A DNA stretch of 64,000 bases from an uncultured Gammaproteobacteria bacterium (GTDB taxonomy: Bacteria > Patescibacteriota > Microgenomatia > Levybacterales > UBA12049), in assembly GCA_964515545.1 (NCBI GenBank), contig CAZERI010000001.1:333553-397552 (forward strand), written 5' to 3'. The notes under the pieces were generated by a model. That model was not told the origin of the DNA. It did no database searches and was given only the letters and a program-made list of their open reading frames with translations. Position 1 is the stretch's first letter; the number at the start of each line of letters is the position of its first letter. Below are positions 48,002 to 57,490 of the stretch, piece after piece. The translations under genes were made by a program, and so were the position numbers.

Positions 48002-48730
48002 ATGAAACAAACAAAGCTTATTATGGGGATGCCAATTACTCTCGAGATAGCTGATACTTTTGTATCAGGTAAAGATTTCGGTGCTATTTTTAGTTTTTTT
48101 CGTCAGGTTGATGAGAAATTCAGCCCCTATAAAAAGTCGAGTGAAGTAAGCAGGATTAATCGAAAAGAAATAACAGTGAAAGAGTACTCTGAAGAAATGC
48201 TGGAAATCTTGAGCCTGTCGCATGAGATTAAAGAAAAAACGCAGGGATTTTTTGATATTTATCATAAGGGCTACTTAGATCCATCTGGGATTGTGAAAGG
48301 TTGGGCGATTCAAAAAGCAGCTGAGAGACTGCGTTTAAGAGGATTTCGTAACTTTTTTATTGATGGAGGAGGAGATATTCAGGCAGACGGCTTAAAAGAG
48401 GGACGGAAATGGAAAGTTGGGATTAAAAATCCATTTAACCAGTCAGAAATTGTAAAGGTAGTTGACCTCTCTAATGAAGCAATTGCTACATCTGGAACGT
48501 ATATAAGAGGTGATCATATCTATAACCCGCTTAAAAAAAATAAAAGAGTGACAGAAATTATCAGTCTTAGTGTTATTAGTAAAACTATTTTAGAAGCAGA
48601 TCTCCTAGCAACAACAGCTTTTGCCATGGGGAAAAGGGGGATAGCCTTTATTAATGCTTATAAAGGGGCGGATGGCTACATGATAGATAGTAAAGGGATA
48701 GCCACCTATACGCAGGGCTTTATGAGATAA
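48002..48730 (+). CDS. apbE: FAD:protein FMN transferase ApbE (no obvious signal peptide)
   Basis: LIMGMPITLEI start, GGDI and ATSGTYIRG motifs of the ApbE family. Confidence 0.75.
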   Translation: MKQTKLIMGMPITLEIADTFVSGKDFGAIFSFFRQVDEKFSPYKKSSEVSRINRKEITVKEYSEEMLEILSLSHEIKEKTQGFFDIYHKGYLDPSGIVKGWAIQKAAERLRLRGFRNFFIDGGGDIQADGLKEGRKWKVGIKNPFNQSEIVKVVDLSNEAIATSGTYIRGDHIYNPLKKNKRVTEIISLSVISKTILEADLLATTAFAMGKRGIAFINAYKGADGYMIDSKGIATYTQGFMR

Positions 48731-48732
48731 CT

Positions 48733-50250
48733 ATGTATTTGATTGATTATCTACTCGATAGGATAACGATGTATCGGGTGGTCTTGTACTACTTAATCGC
48801 TCTTCTTATAGCCTCGGTGGCAGGAAGTATTTTCGGATTTATTTCCTACAGCCCGCAAAGTATTATCCTGAGTAGTGTATTTATTGTTGGAGTATGTTAT
48901 CTAACAAATCGCATTTTTTCCTATATCTTTGAGGCTCCCACTAATGTTGAGTCAGTGTACATCACAGCTCTTATTTTAGCCTGTATTATTGCGCCCGTTA
49001 CGAATTTTTTAGATCTTGGAGTATTGTTCTGGGCAGGAGTACTGAGTATAGCGTCAAAGTATATTCTTGCTATTAATAAAAAGCATATCTTTAATCCTGC
49101 AGCCATTGCAGTTCTCATTTTATATTTTGCCTTTGGACATGGAGCGACGTGGTGGATAGGTAATGCCTTTATGACGCCATTTATTATTATGGGCGGATTA
49201 CTTATCCTTCGCAAAACAAGAAGAGAATATATGGCTGTGAGCTTTTATGCCAGCTCACTTCTCATTATTGTTATGTTTGCTCTTCTAGGGGGAACGCCTA
49301 TCCTAAGAACTTTTGATCAGGTATTCTTCCATTCATCATTTTTCTTTTTTGCCTACGTCATGCTCACTGAGCCTTTGACATCGCCTCCTACACGAAATCT
49401 CCAGATGCTTTTTGGATTTTTTGTAGGATTATTTTTCCCACCGCAAGTCCATATTTTAGGTTTCTATTTTACTCCTGAAATAGCATTGGTGATGGGTAAT
49501 ATCCTGTCATATTTTATAAGCCCTAAACAGCGTCTTTTACTACGGCTTCAGGAGGAAATAAAGATAGCTCCTGATATCATCGATTTTATTTTTAAGCCTC
49601 ATATACCTCTCCGATATGCAGCTGGTCAGTACCTGGAATGGACGTTCCCACACCCCAATACCGATAGCAGGGGAAATAGAAGGTACTTTACTTTAGCCTC
49701 AAGTCCTACTGAAGATATACTGCGGATAGGGATAAAGTTCTATAAAAATGGAAGCAGCTATAAACGTAATTTAGCGGTGATGGATACATCAATGCCTATT
49801 GTCGCATCTCAACTAGCTGGAGATTTTACTCTGCCAAAAGATACGAGTAAAAAACTTGTTTTCGTAGCTGGCGGGATAGGTATTACGCCTTTTAGGAGTA
49901 TGCTGAAATTTCTTATCGATACTTCAGAAAAGCGTGATATTGCGGTCCTTTTTTCTAATAAATATCAAGAAGATATAGTCTATAAAGATGTCTTGGATGA
50001 GGCAGAAAAAAAACTTGGGATACCTACTATATATACGTTGACTGATACAGAAAAAATTCCACAGACATGGAATGGGGAGAGGGGAAGAATTACTAGCGAA
50101 ATCATTATGCGTCATATTCCTGACTGGGAAGATCGCACCTACTACTTATCAGGTCCTCACATAATGGTAACAGGGTTTGAAAAAACACTTCGCGAGATGG
50201 GAGTCTCAAGGGCGCATATTAAAAAAGATTTTTTCCCTGGATTTGTATAA
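48733..50250 (+). CDS. polytopic membrane domain fused to an FNR-type FAD/NAD(P)-binding oxidoreductase domain
   Basis: About 250 aa of TM helices, then RRYFTLASSP (the RxYS FAD motif) and GGIGITPFRSM (the NAD(P) GGxGxxP motif). GHGATW in the membrane part loosely resembles a flavinylation site. Confidence 0.6.
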   Translation: MYLIDYLLDRITMYRVVLYYLIALLIASVAGSIFGFISYSPQSIILSSVFIVGVCYLTNRIFSYIFEAPTNVESVYITALILACIIAPVTNFLDLGVLFWAGVLSIASKYILAINKKHIFNPAAIAVLILYFAFGHGATWWIGNAFMTPFIIMGGLLILRKTRREYMAVSFYASSLLIIVMFALLGGTPILRTFDQVFFHSSFFFFAYVMLTEPLTSPPTRNLQMLFGFFVGLFFPPQVHILGFYFTPEIALVMGNILSYFISPKQRLLLRLQEEIKIAPDIIDFIFKPHIPLRYAAGQYLEWTFPHPNTDSRGNRRYFTLASSPTEDILRIGIKFYKNGSSYKRNLAVMDTSMPIVASQLAGDFTLPKDTSKKLVFVAGGIGITPFRSMLKFLIDTSEKRDIAVLFSNKYQEDIVYKDVLDEAEKKLGIPTIYTLTDTEKIPQTWNGERGRITSEIIMRHIPDWEDRTYYLSGPHIMVTGFEKTLREMGVSRAHIKKDFFPGFV

Positions 50251-50312
50251 TGCTAACTCTTGCAAACCACTAGTGAATATGGTTTAGTGTTAAGACAAAA
50301 GGAGGTGAGTAT

Positions 50313-50798
50313 ATGAGCAATCGTTTAATAGTTATTGTTGCAATTGTTTTAGTCGTCATTGCTGGTAGTGCTTATCTTCTAACTAAGAACTCCAGTACGA
50401 CTCTGCCAGCTGCAACCCCAACTCCCACTCAGGCTATGATGGATATAACTGAGACACCTTCAGCTTCACCATCAGAGACTATGCAGACTACACCTGAAGT
50501 TACAGGTACAACGGAATCAGGAAATATTAAAGAAATTACTGTTACCGGAGCTAACTTTAAATTTACACCCAATACTATCACTGTTAAAAAAGGTGATACA
50601 GTAAGAGTCAATTTCAAAAGTTCCGGAGGATTTCATGATTTCGTCATAGATGAATTCGATGTTCAGACTAAGATGGTAGATACTGGACTTTCAGATACCG
50701 TGGAGTTTGTAGCAAATAAAGTAGGAACCTTTGAGTACTATTGTTCTGTGGGTAATCACAGACAAATGGGTATGGTCGGCAAACTCATTGTCCAGTAG
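50313..50798 (+). CDS. membrane-anchored type-1 copper (cupredoxin) protein
   Basis: Signal anchor, PT linker, and copper ligands H (FHDF) ... C-x3-H-x2-M in YYCSVGNHRQMGM. Confidence 0.75.
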   Translation: MSNRLIVIVAIVLVVIAGSAYLLTKNSSTTLPAATPTPTQAMMDITETPSASPSETMQTTPEVTGTTESGNIKEITVTGANFKFTPNTITVKKGDTVRVNFKSSGGFHDFVIDEFDVQTKMVDTGLSDTVEFVANKVGTFEYYCSVGNHRQMGMVGKLIVQ

Positions 50799-50816
50799 TT
50801 TGCCAGTATTTTGAGA

Positions 50817-50856
50817 AGGGTGATCCGACAAAGATCGGATCACCCTTCGTTATTTT
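50817..50856 (+). terminator. rho-independent terminator after the cupredoxin gene
   Basis: aagggtgatccg-loop-cggatcaccctt stem followed by ttcgttattttt. Confidence 0.55.
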
Positions 50857-50876
50857 TGCGTTATACTAAATATTCT

Positions 50877-51905
50877 ATGTCTACACCTAAGATTTTTACT
50901 CCCTACGATTTTTTAGATGATTTTCTTAAGGAAGCTGAAAAAGCCACGCATTCTATCTATCTCCAATCAATGAATTTTGAGGCTGGAGAGGTTTTATCAC
51001 GCATTGAAAAAGTGCTTCTTGAGGCACTTTCCAGAGGTGTACGAGTGAATATTAATCACGATTGGGTGGCGCAGGTTTTTGTCCAGGGAGATTTACCGCT
51101 TTTGCCATCATCCTCATCTGAGAAAAGATCTAAAGGTCGATACCTCCATCAAAAATCTAGAGAAATAGAGAACAATCTTCGTAGTCATGGGGCTACTATC
51201 ATTACCACTAATAATCCAAATTTACTAAATAAGGTTGTGCCGATGGTGAGACGTAACCATACCAAACTATATATCGTTGATGAGGAGATAGCTTGGGTGG
51301 GGGGAGTAAATTTATTTGACGAGGCATTTGAAAAAATTGATATTATGATCAGATTTGAGGACAAAAAAATTGTAGATAAGCTGGTCAAGCAGTTTTTTAT
51401 GGTTAATCAGCTCCAATCACCCATAGATTATCAGCTCCAGCTCACCCCAACAGAAAGTCTCTTTGTGGATACAGGGAAATTGGGATCATCGATTATTTAT
51501 GCTGAAGCAATAAAAAAAATCGACTCAGCCCAGAAGCATATTATTTTTATGTCACAGTTCGTACCGGATGGCCCATTACTACAGAGATTAATAAAAGCTA
51601 CGAAGCGGGGAGTGAAGGTTGATGTAATAACTTCCAATAAAAAGAGCAGCCTTTTTACTTCGTACCCGGCTCGTTTTACCTATCTTTATTTCAGGTATCT
51701 TCTTCATAAATATCCATTACTTGTTCTCACTCATCACGAGAGAAATGTGCATGCGAAAATTCTCAGCATTGATGGTGAGTGTGCCATGGTTGGGTCTCAT
51801 AATTACACTTATTCGGGAGTGATACTTGGAACTGAAGAGATTATGATGGAGACAACCGATAAAGATTTAGTCAAAAAGATTGAAGAGTTCGCTCTCAAAG
51901 GATGA
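50877..51905 (+). CDS. phospholipase D-family protein (two HKD motifs; cardiolipin-synthase-like)
   Basis: HTKLYIVDEEIAWVGGVN and HAKILSIDGECAMVGSHN. The start was set at the ATG after the terminator; the ORF-track TTG start at 50811 overlaps the hairpin. Confidence 0.7.
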   Translation: MSTPKIFTPYDFLDDFLKEAEKATHSIYLQSMNFEAGEVLSRIEKVLLEALSRGVRVNINHDWVAQVFVQGDLPLLPSSSSEKRSKGRYLHQKSREIENNLRSHGATIITTNNPNLLNKVVPMVRRNHTKLYIVDEEIAWVGGVNLFDEAFEKIDIMIRFEDKKIVDKLVKQFFMVNQLQSPIDYQLQLTPTESLFVDTGKLGSSIIYAEAIKKIDSAQKHIIFMSQFVPDGPLLQRLIKATKRGVKVDVITSNKKSSLFTSYPARFTYLYFRYLLHKYPLLVLTHHERNVHAKILSIDGECAMVGSHNYTYSGVILGTEEIMMETTDKDLVKKIEEFALKG

Positions 51906-51913
51906 CTAGCAGG

Positions 51914-52600
51914 CTACTCAATTGCGCAGAAATCCTCACCGGAGGTATCTTCCCATAAGACTTCTTCTTCCAGATTGGAAGATGCAAAAGAAGTAGGTAC
52001 AGGTGCTTGCTGTTCATAAGGAGTGAATGTAGGTCCATTGATGCCCTTTTTCAAAAGGGCATTTCTTGATGTCTCAAATCCATGCAATCGCTGTCTCCTC
52101 ATCACGAGAGCAGTGTCTACAGCATCCTCAATTTTTTTAATGAATTTATCGTCAACTCCTGATTTATTTGATGATCGAATTCTTTGATTAAAAGAATCAA
52201 GATTTGCTTCCATAAAGAAGGATAATCCTTTTGTTCCTTCTTCAAAAAACTTAGGGGATTGTGTGTAGTGAAATTCCTGAGCATTTGGAGCATGGGATAG
52301 TCTATATGCTGTTTGATCTTCTGGAGAGTCAGATCGTGGACCGACAAAATACATTTCTCCTGAGCGAAGAATGATTAAATGTTCCAGTTCGTCTGGTGTG
52401 GGAAGGATGTACCCACCTAGCTCTCGTAAGGGAGCTTTGCTGACTGGATCTTCTGATACGAGCATGATAGCTCTGCCTAATCCTAATTCATTATACGTCT
52501 TAAGGAGTTCTGGGATATCGTTAATTTCACCCAGTTCTGTGTCCGGTTCAAAGTTAACTGGAGAGCCGTCACCTGTTTCACACATTTCCTGCCTGCTCAT
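51914..52600 (-). CDS. hypothetical protein
   Basis: Intact 228-aa ORF, no motif. Confidence 0.45.
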   Translation of the reverse strand: MSRQEMCETGDGSPVNFEPDTELGEINDIPELLKTYNELGLGRAIMLVSEDPVSKAPLRELGGYILPTPDELEHLIILRSGEMYFVGPRSDSPEDQTAYRLSHAPNAQEFHYTQSPKFFEEGTKGLSFFMEANLDSFNQRIRSSNKSGVDDKFIKKIEDAVDTALVMRRQRLHGFETSRNALLKKGINGPTFTPYEQQAPVPTSFASSNLEEEVLWEDTSGEDFCAIE

Positions 52601-52678
52601 ACTGGGGAGTATAGTACTGAACTCAACATTTGTCTAGAGCCTCAAATTGTGGCTGTATATCTATCAGAAGCTTATGAG

Positions 52679-53335
52679 TTATTTAAGCTTTATTTGGTAG
52701 AGCTCTTTAGCTCCAGCTTTTAGTATGTTAAAGCTATAACTGATAGAGTCGCTTGGTAGGAGATAGACGATTGTGCCTGTCTCAGGAATTGACGGTTGAA
52801 GTTCACGTTGATCCAAATAATTGGTAACTTCTCCTATAGCATTTTGTGGATTGAATTCTCTCCTCTTGTTATCAACGACGACGAAGCCATTTGATGGATC
52901 AAGGTTAAAGGAAGCATTTGTTTCATTAGTAACTGTCATATTGAGTAAAACGAATTTAGATCCTGCTGGGGCAACCATTGGATTACCATATCCACCACTG
53001 AGTGTTGACGCTTCAGTGACCTTATTAATTTTAAATTTTATTGTGGCAAGTACTACTTCGTCTCCTATATTTTTAGAAATAATTTTGTCTCCCTCTTGTC
53101 TTGCCTGATCAATTATTGAATTAGTATCGCTTACGCTCGGTTGGGACGTTTCCTGTGCTGGAGTGGGTGAGGAGGAGGTCTGTTGAAATGCCTTAGTAAG
53201 AGCTGTTCTTACTTGATATGCCTTATATTCCATACCCGCAAAGAAACCAATGCCACCTGCCAGAATTGCAACTATAATTATTAAACCAATCTTTTTCATT
53301 ACCGGCATTCTACTCCTGGGTTCATAAAACGTCAA
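52679..53335 (-). CDS. secreted/anchored beta-rich protein (DUF4352-like)
   Basis: N-terminal TM anchor and S/T linker; VVLATIKFKINKVTE ... FVLLNMTVTNETN pattern. Confidence 0.45.
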   Translation of the reverse strand: MTFYEPRSRMPVMKKIGLIIIVAILAGGIGFFAGMEYKAYQVRTALTKAFQQTSSSPTPAQETSQPSVSDTNSIIDQARQEGDKIISKNIGDEVVLATIKFKINKVTEASTLSGGYGNPMVAPAGSKFVLLNMTVTNETNASFNLDPSNGFVVVDNKRREFNPQNAIGEVTNYLDQRELQPSIPETGTIVYLLPSDSISYSFNILKAGAKELYQIKLK

Positions 53336-53611
53336 TAGTTAAGGAAGGGTCTGCGTTATTGTCCCAAAATTAGTTATGTCTTGTCTTTGTCTCTTAGGTG
53401 TCAAGCAAGTTTTGGACATAGCTGGTTATTATATAATTTATGCACCCCACATTGAAGCTAAAAAGACACTATTTACAAAGCTATTTGCTTTTTTCTCTTG
53501 AATACGTCCCTCGAGTTAAGGCTATAAGTAAGCATAATCGTTTAGCAAAATCGAGGCTATCAAAGCATAAATAGCCTTAACTAGCAATTTTTTTGTTCGT
53601 ATTTCTTTTCA

Positions 53612-53842
53612 TTGACAGGAGATAGCAAGAGTTGTCATAGTAAATACATGGCATCCAAGAAAAAGGCTACCCACAAAGTATCTCCTAAAGTTCATAAGAA
53701 GGCTTCTCATCGTCATTTTCGCCCTAGTTATGATGCCCATCCAGCCTTCCATCTTTTTGCGGTGATTGTAGTTATTTTCTTTATGGCTGTAATTTTGTCA
53801 TACATCCTATTTGCCTTTCAAAATCCTGGGCTCTTTACATAA
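53612..53842 (+). CDS. small basic membrane protein
   Basis: K/H-rich N-terminus plus one TM helix. Confidence 0.3.
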   Translation: MTGDSKSCHSKYMASKKKATHKVSPKVHKKASHRHFRPSYDAHPAFHLFAVIVVIFFMAVILSYILFAFQNPGLFT

Positions 53843-53844
53843 GG

Positions 53845-54588
53845 TTATCTTCTTAACTGGTCCTGTAAGGATTTAAATCCTGGTCTAAGTTGTTCACCAA
53901 TTCCTTCGATCATGTGGCTATAAAAGTTATGATCTTCAATTTTTTGAATTCCACCATGACCTTCAACAAAATAGGAAAAGGGAAGGTTATCGACTCGATA
54001 GGCAGAGCGTACCTGTTCTTCACGGTTACTCCCAAGATCGCTACTTATTCCACCCAGTAAATCTCCCAGAATGGCAAAAGAAGGTTGATTAAAAGGAGTT
54101 ACTAAGAAAGAAAGGTGGGACTTAGTATGACCTGGTGTCTTGATAACATTGATAGTTGTACTATCAAAATGCAGGACCTCTTGATCACGCAAGTACCTAT
54201 CTACTCGAATTTCTTCAGGATAGTGATCATATAAATAGCTGGCCGTTTGAGACCCAAGAGACACATCTGGCTCAGGTTCTGGCCCCCAAAGTTCTTTGAT
54301 TGTATGGTTATCTTTTGAGCTCATAGCACCCCCCGCATGGTCTAGGTGTAAATGAGTAGCGAGCATAATAACTGGTCTGCCTGAGGAAATTTGTCCTAAA
54401 TGGCTAGCTGTACGCTTCTGATAGGTATTACTTCCTAAGTCAAAGCCAAGAACCACATCCGAAGTAAGGAGCGCAAAACCATTAGCCTCAGTTGGGCTGT
54501 TGCCGTTGATGGCAAAAAATCCAGGTAAAAGCTCACGTGGTCTAAAAGCCTCTTCCTGAGCCTCTGTCGGTACTATAAGCTCTCCCAT
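53845..54588 (-). CDS. metallo-beta-lactamase-fold hydrolase
   Basis: HLHLDHAGG (HxHxDH) motif. Confidence 0.8.
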   Translation of the reverse strand: MGELIVPTEAQEEAFRPRELLPGFFAINGNSPTEANGFALLTSDVVLGFDLGSNTYQKRTASHLGQISSGRPVIMLATHLHLDHAGGAMSSKDNHTIKELWGPEPEPDVSLGSQTASYLYDHYPEEIRVDRYLRDQEVLHFDSTTINVIKTPGHTKSHLSFLVTPFNQPSFAILGDLLGGISSDLGSNREEQVRSAYRVDNLPFSYFVEGHGGIQKIEDHNFYSHMIEGIGEQLRPGFKSLQDQLRR

Positions 54589-54647
54589 AGATGTATTGTA
54601 GTACTCTCATTTTTAGAGAGCAATATTATTTTTGCTATAATCCACTC

Positions 54648-55184
54648 ATGCATGTAGTATTCCTTTATGGACCTCCGGCTGTGGGAAAATTAACCGTTGC
54701 CAAAGAATTACAAAAAAAATTAGGGTATAAATTGCTGCACAATCATCTTCTAATCAGTGTTTTTGATAGTATCTTTGATTTTCATAACCCAGCCAGAAAA
54801 ATTCTTACGCGGGAGTTCCGTATGCGACTGGTAGAGGAAGCGATCAAACAAAATATTAACCTCATTATCACTTCAGGATCGGCAGGCAGCCCGACACTTT
54901 TTGAGTATTATAAAGAGCTCATTAGGCTTGTCCATGAAAAAGGGGGCAAGTTAGCCATGGTACAGCTGACTGCTGATCCTGAAACGCTTCTTTCGCGAGT
55001 TGATGATAAATTCAGAAAAAAACATGGCAAACAATTTGGTAGGCAAGAATTAGCAGAGATTCTCAGTCAGCCGAAATTTGTCTTTGATAAGTATCCTGAT
55101 TTGGATCATCTCACCATCAACACCGCTAAGACTTCTGTAGAAGACGCAGCATCTAAAATTATTACGCACTATCATTTAGATTGA
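54648..55184 (+). CDS. P-loop kinase/NTPase (AAA_33-like)
   Basis: Walker A GPPAVGKLT right after the chosen start; the ORF track's 5' extension was trimmed. Confidence 0.55.
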   Translation: MHVVFLYGPPAVGKLTVAKELQKKLGYKLLHNHLLISVFDSIFDFHNPARKILTREFRMRLVEEAIKQNINLIITSGSAGSPTLFEYYKELIRLVHEKGGKLAMVQLTADPETLLSRVDDKFRKKHGKQFGRQELAEILSQPKFVFDKYPDLDHLTINTAKTSVEDAASKIITHYHLD

Positions 55185-55186
55185 TG

Positions 55187-55423
55187 CTATCTCTCTGCAA
55201 AATTGATTCCATGCTTACGGCTGAGGAGATCATCAGCAATCCGTTTTGCTTCATTACTCAGAGCTTTAGTAATAGTTGCTGTCTGCTGCTCAATCTCGAA
55301 TGAATTGTGGAAATAATCGATTTTCAGTAGAAGAGAGCCAGAGTCATCTCCCAGTAGATATTCAGCTTTGTTAAAAATAAATTTTGAAATAGATTGTACT
55401 TTTATAGTTTTGCCTCCTTTCAT
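55187..55423 (-). CDS. hypothetical small protein
   Basis: ORF only. Confidence 0.3.
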   Translation of the reverse strand: MKGGKTIKVQSISKFIFNKAEYLLGDDSGSLLLKIDYFHNSFEIEQQTATITKALSNEAKRIADDLLSRKHGINFAER

Positions 55424-55592
55424 AAAGGATTCTTGACATGTACTAATCTAATTTCTTAAGGATTCAAGGGAGAAAGCACAGTAGTGCAGTCAAGAATTAT
55501 CTTGACTGACAACAAGAGGATAGGGAAATGAATTCTGACACAGATGTATAATAGTAGAATACTATCCAAACTTCAAGATATAATAAGCACTT

Positions 55593-56306
55593 ATGGACGA
55601 CTTTATTTTTTTAGATACAGAGACAACAGGTAACGATCTTCTGGCAGACCGGCTTTTCCAGCTCTGTTATAAGCACAACGATACGTTGAAATCAGAATAC
55701 TTCAAGCCAGAGGTTCCTATCTCGATTAAATCGCAAAGTATCACTCATGTTACTAATAAAATGGTAGAGAAAAGCCCCTTTTTTAGTGGTAGTCCGATGA
55801 GTAGGGAAATTCAGGATCTCATAAATAACTATATTGTTGTTGCCCATAATGCAATTTTTGATGTCGCTATGCTATCTCATGAAGGGATAACAACTCCGCG
55901 GTTTATTTGTACTCTAAAAGTTGCGAGAGCATTAGATGAGTCATGTGTCATTCCAGAATATAATCTCCAATACTTACGATATTACTTAGAGCTTGATGTT
56001 GAAGGGAATGCCCATGAGGCAAAAAATGACGTTCTCGTCCTTGAGGCTTTATTTGGCAGGCTCTATAAAAAAATGGTAGAAAAAATGGGAAGTCATGAAG
56101 AAGCAGTTCTTAAAATGCTCAAAATCACCACTGAGCCGTCTCTTTTTATGCTTTTTCCATTTGGCAAGCATAGAGGAAGGAAGATAGATGAGGTCGTAAT
56201 TAGCGATAGATCTTATGTCGAATGGCTTTTGGAGAAGAAATTAGAAAGTCCTGAAGATGAGGAAGACTGGATCTTTACCCTTAAATATCATCTGAAAATA
56301 ACCTAA
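55593..56306 (+). CDS. DEDDh 3'-5' exonuclease (DnaQ-like) with a C-terminal extension
   Basis: Exo I FLDTETTG, Exo II VAHNAIFD, and Exo III H..NDV. Confidence 0.8.
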   Translation: MDDFIFLDTETTGNDLLADRLFQLCYKHNDTLKSEYFKPEVPISIKSQSITHVTNKMVEKSPFFSGSPMSREIQDLINNYIVVAHNAIFDVAMLSHEGITTPRFICTLKVARALDESCVIPEYNLQYLRYYLELDVEGNAHEAKNDVLVLEALFGRLYKKMVEKMGSHEEAVLKMLKITTEPSLFMLFPFGKHRGRKIDEVVISDRSYVEWLLEKKLESPEDEEDWIFTLKYHLKIT

Positions 56307-56809
56307 ATACTTCGTGTTACTGCTTTGTGGGCTTTTCTTTTATGGGAGGTAGTATGAGTATAGTTATGAGAAAGTACGCTGATATTGCCGTCTGTCTCTA
56401 GTACTGCTAGATCAACATCCATTACTTTCTCCACACCATGCTCTCGTATAGCTTCTTCAAGTTCTAAATCTGTAATACCAGCTTTTTTCAGATGTTTGGC
56501 GATAATTCTTCCATGATATACAAGCATGATAGGATTCCCTTCTAAGAAAGACTGAGCTTTTTTGGAGCGGAGCATAAGATAGCCTAGGGCTTGGTTGACC
56601 ACAAAGAGTGATCCGGCAGCTACCAGACCGCTCATGAGGCTAGTATTTGGTCCGACCATTGCATTCTGGACAGCATTACTGATAAGGAGGACGAAGACGA
56701 GGTCGACAATTGAGAGTTGGGAGATTTCTCTTTTACCAAGAAGCCTAATCCCAATAACGATAAAACAATAAATAATAATCGAGCGGAGGATTATATCAAT
56801 AAATGGCAT
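56303..56809 (-). CDS. DUF421 (YetF-like) membrane protein
   Basis: MPFIDIILRSIIIYCFIVIGIRLLGKREISQLSIVDLVFVLLISNAVQNAM is the typical DUF421 N-terminus. Confidence 0.6.
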   Translation of the reverse strand: MPFIDIILRSIIIYCFIVIGIRLLGKREISQLSIVDLVFVLLISNAVQNAMVGPNTSLMSGLVAAGSLFVVNQALGYLMLRSKKAQSFLEGNPIMLVYHGRIIAKHLKKAGITDLELEEAIREHGVEKVMDVDLAVLETDGNISVLSHNYTHTTSHKRKAHKAVTRSI

Positions 56810-56839
56810 GGTTCTTTGTATTTAAGCACAGCGGTTTAA

Positions 56840-57415
56840 TTATGGCAACGCTTCACACTCATTATCTGCCCAGAGTCCGACTTTGGCCTCTCTGGCTGCT
56901 TTCTCAGCACTTTTGTAATCAGTTTGGTACTTATAAGGTACGTTGTAGGTATATTCATGGGCGAGTCCTTCAAGAATTGCTCCCAGTCCATAATCATCAC
57001 TGCCGTTAATAAAAACATACCGGAGAAGCCGTCCGTATTTATCTTTATCTCCTTGTGTTGGGTCTGGTTCAAGATAGACTATTTTTTTAAGAAGTAATTC
57101 TTTAGCTCTTTGAGAGGCCTCTTTACCCATGCATTGAACTGGCTTTCTCGGATCGACAGTCTCTGGTGTATCAATACCAATAATACGTATTGTTGTATCG
57201 TGGCCATTAAGATCTACATGGATCGTATCGCCATCAACTACTTTTGTGACGATTACCTCTCCTTTAGGAAGGGGAGTAGGTGAGGGGGCTGGCGCTACCT
57301 GGCTGCTTAAGACATTTTGAAGGGGTTCAATGTGAAGACTACTGACGCCTTTAACAAGTAAAATAACAAAACAAGTAATAAGAAGAGAGATAACATACCG
57401 TCTTAGTTTGAGCAT
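56840..57415 (-). CDS. secreted thermonuclease (staphylococcal-nuclease homolog)
   Basis: Signal anchor; VVDGDTIHV..., IRIIGIDTPE and GRLLRYV SNase motifs. Confidence 0.8.
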   Translation of the reverse strand: MLKLRRYVISLLITCFVILLVKGVSSLHIEPLQNVLSSQVAPAPSPTPLPKGEVIVTKVVDGDTIHVDLNGHDTTIRIIGIDTPETVDPRKPVQCMGKEASQRAKELLLKKIVYLEPDPTQGDKDKYGRLLRYVFINGSDDYGLGAILEGLAHEYTYNVPYKYQTDYKSAEKAAREAKVGLWADNECEALP

Positions 57416-57490
57416 AGAGTCTAAAAAGTATATCTATCAAGACGTAGTGTTGCAATAAGAGATCAATTTTTGTTACCCTGATATCCCCAT

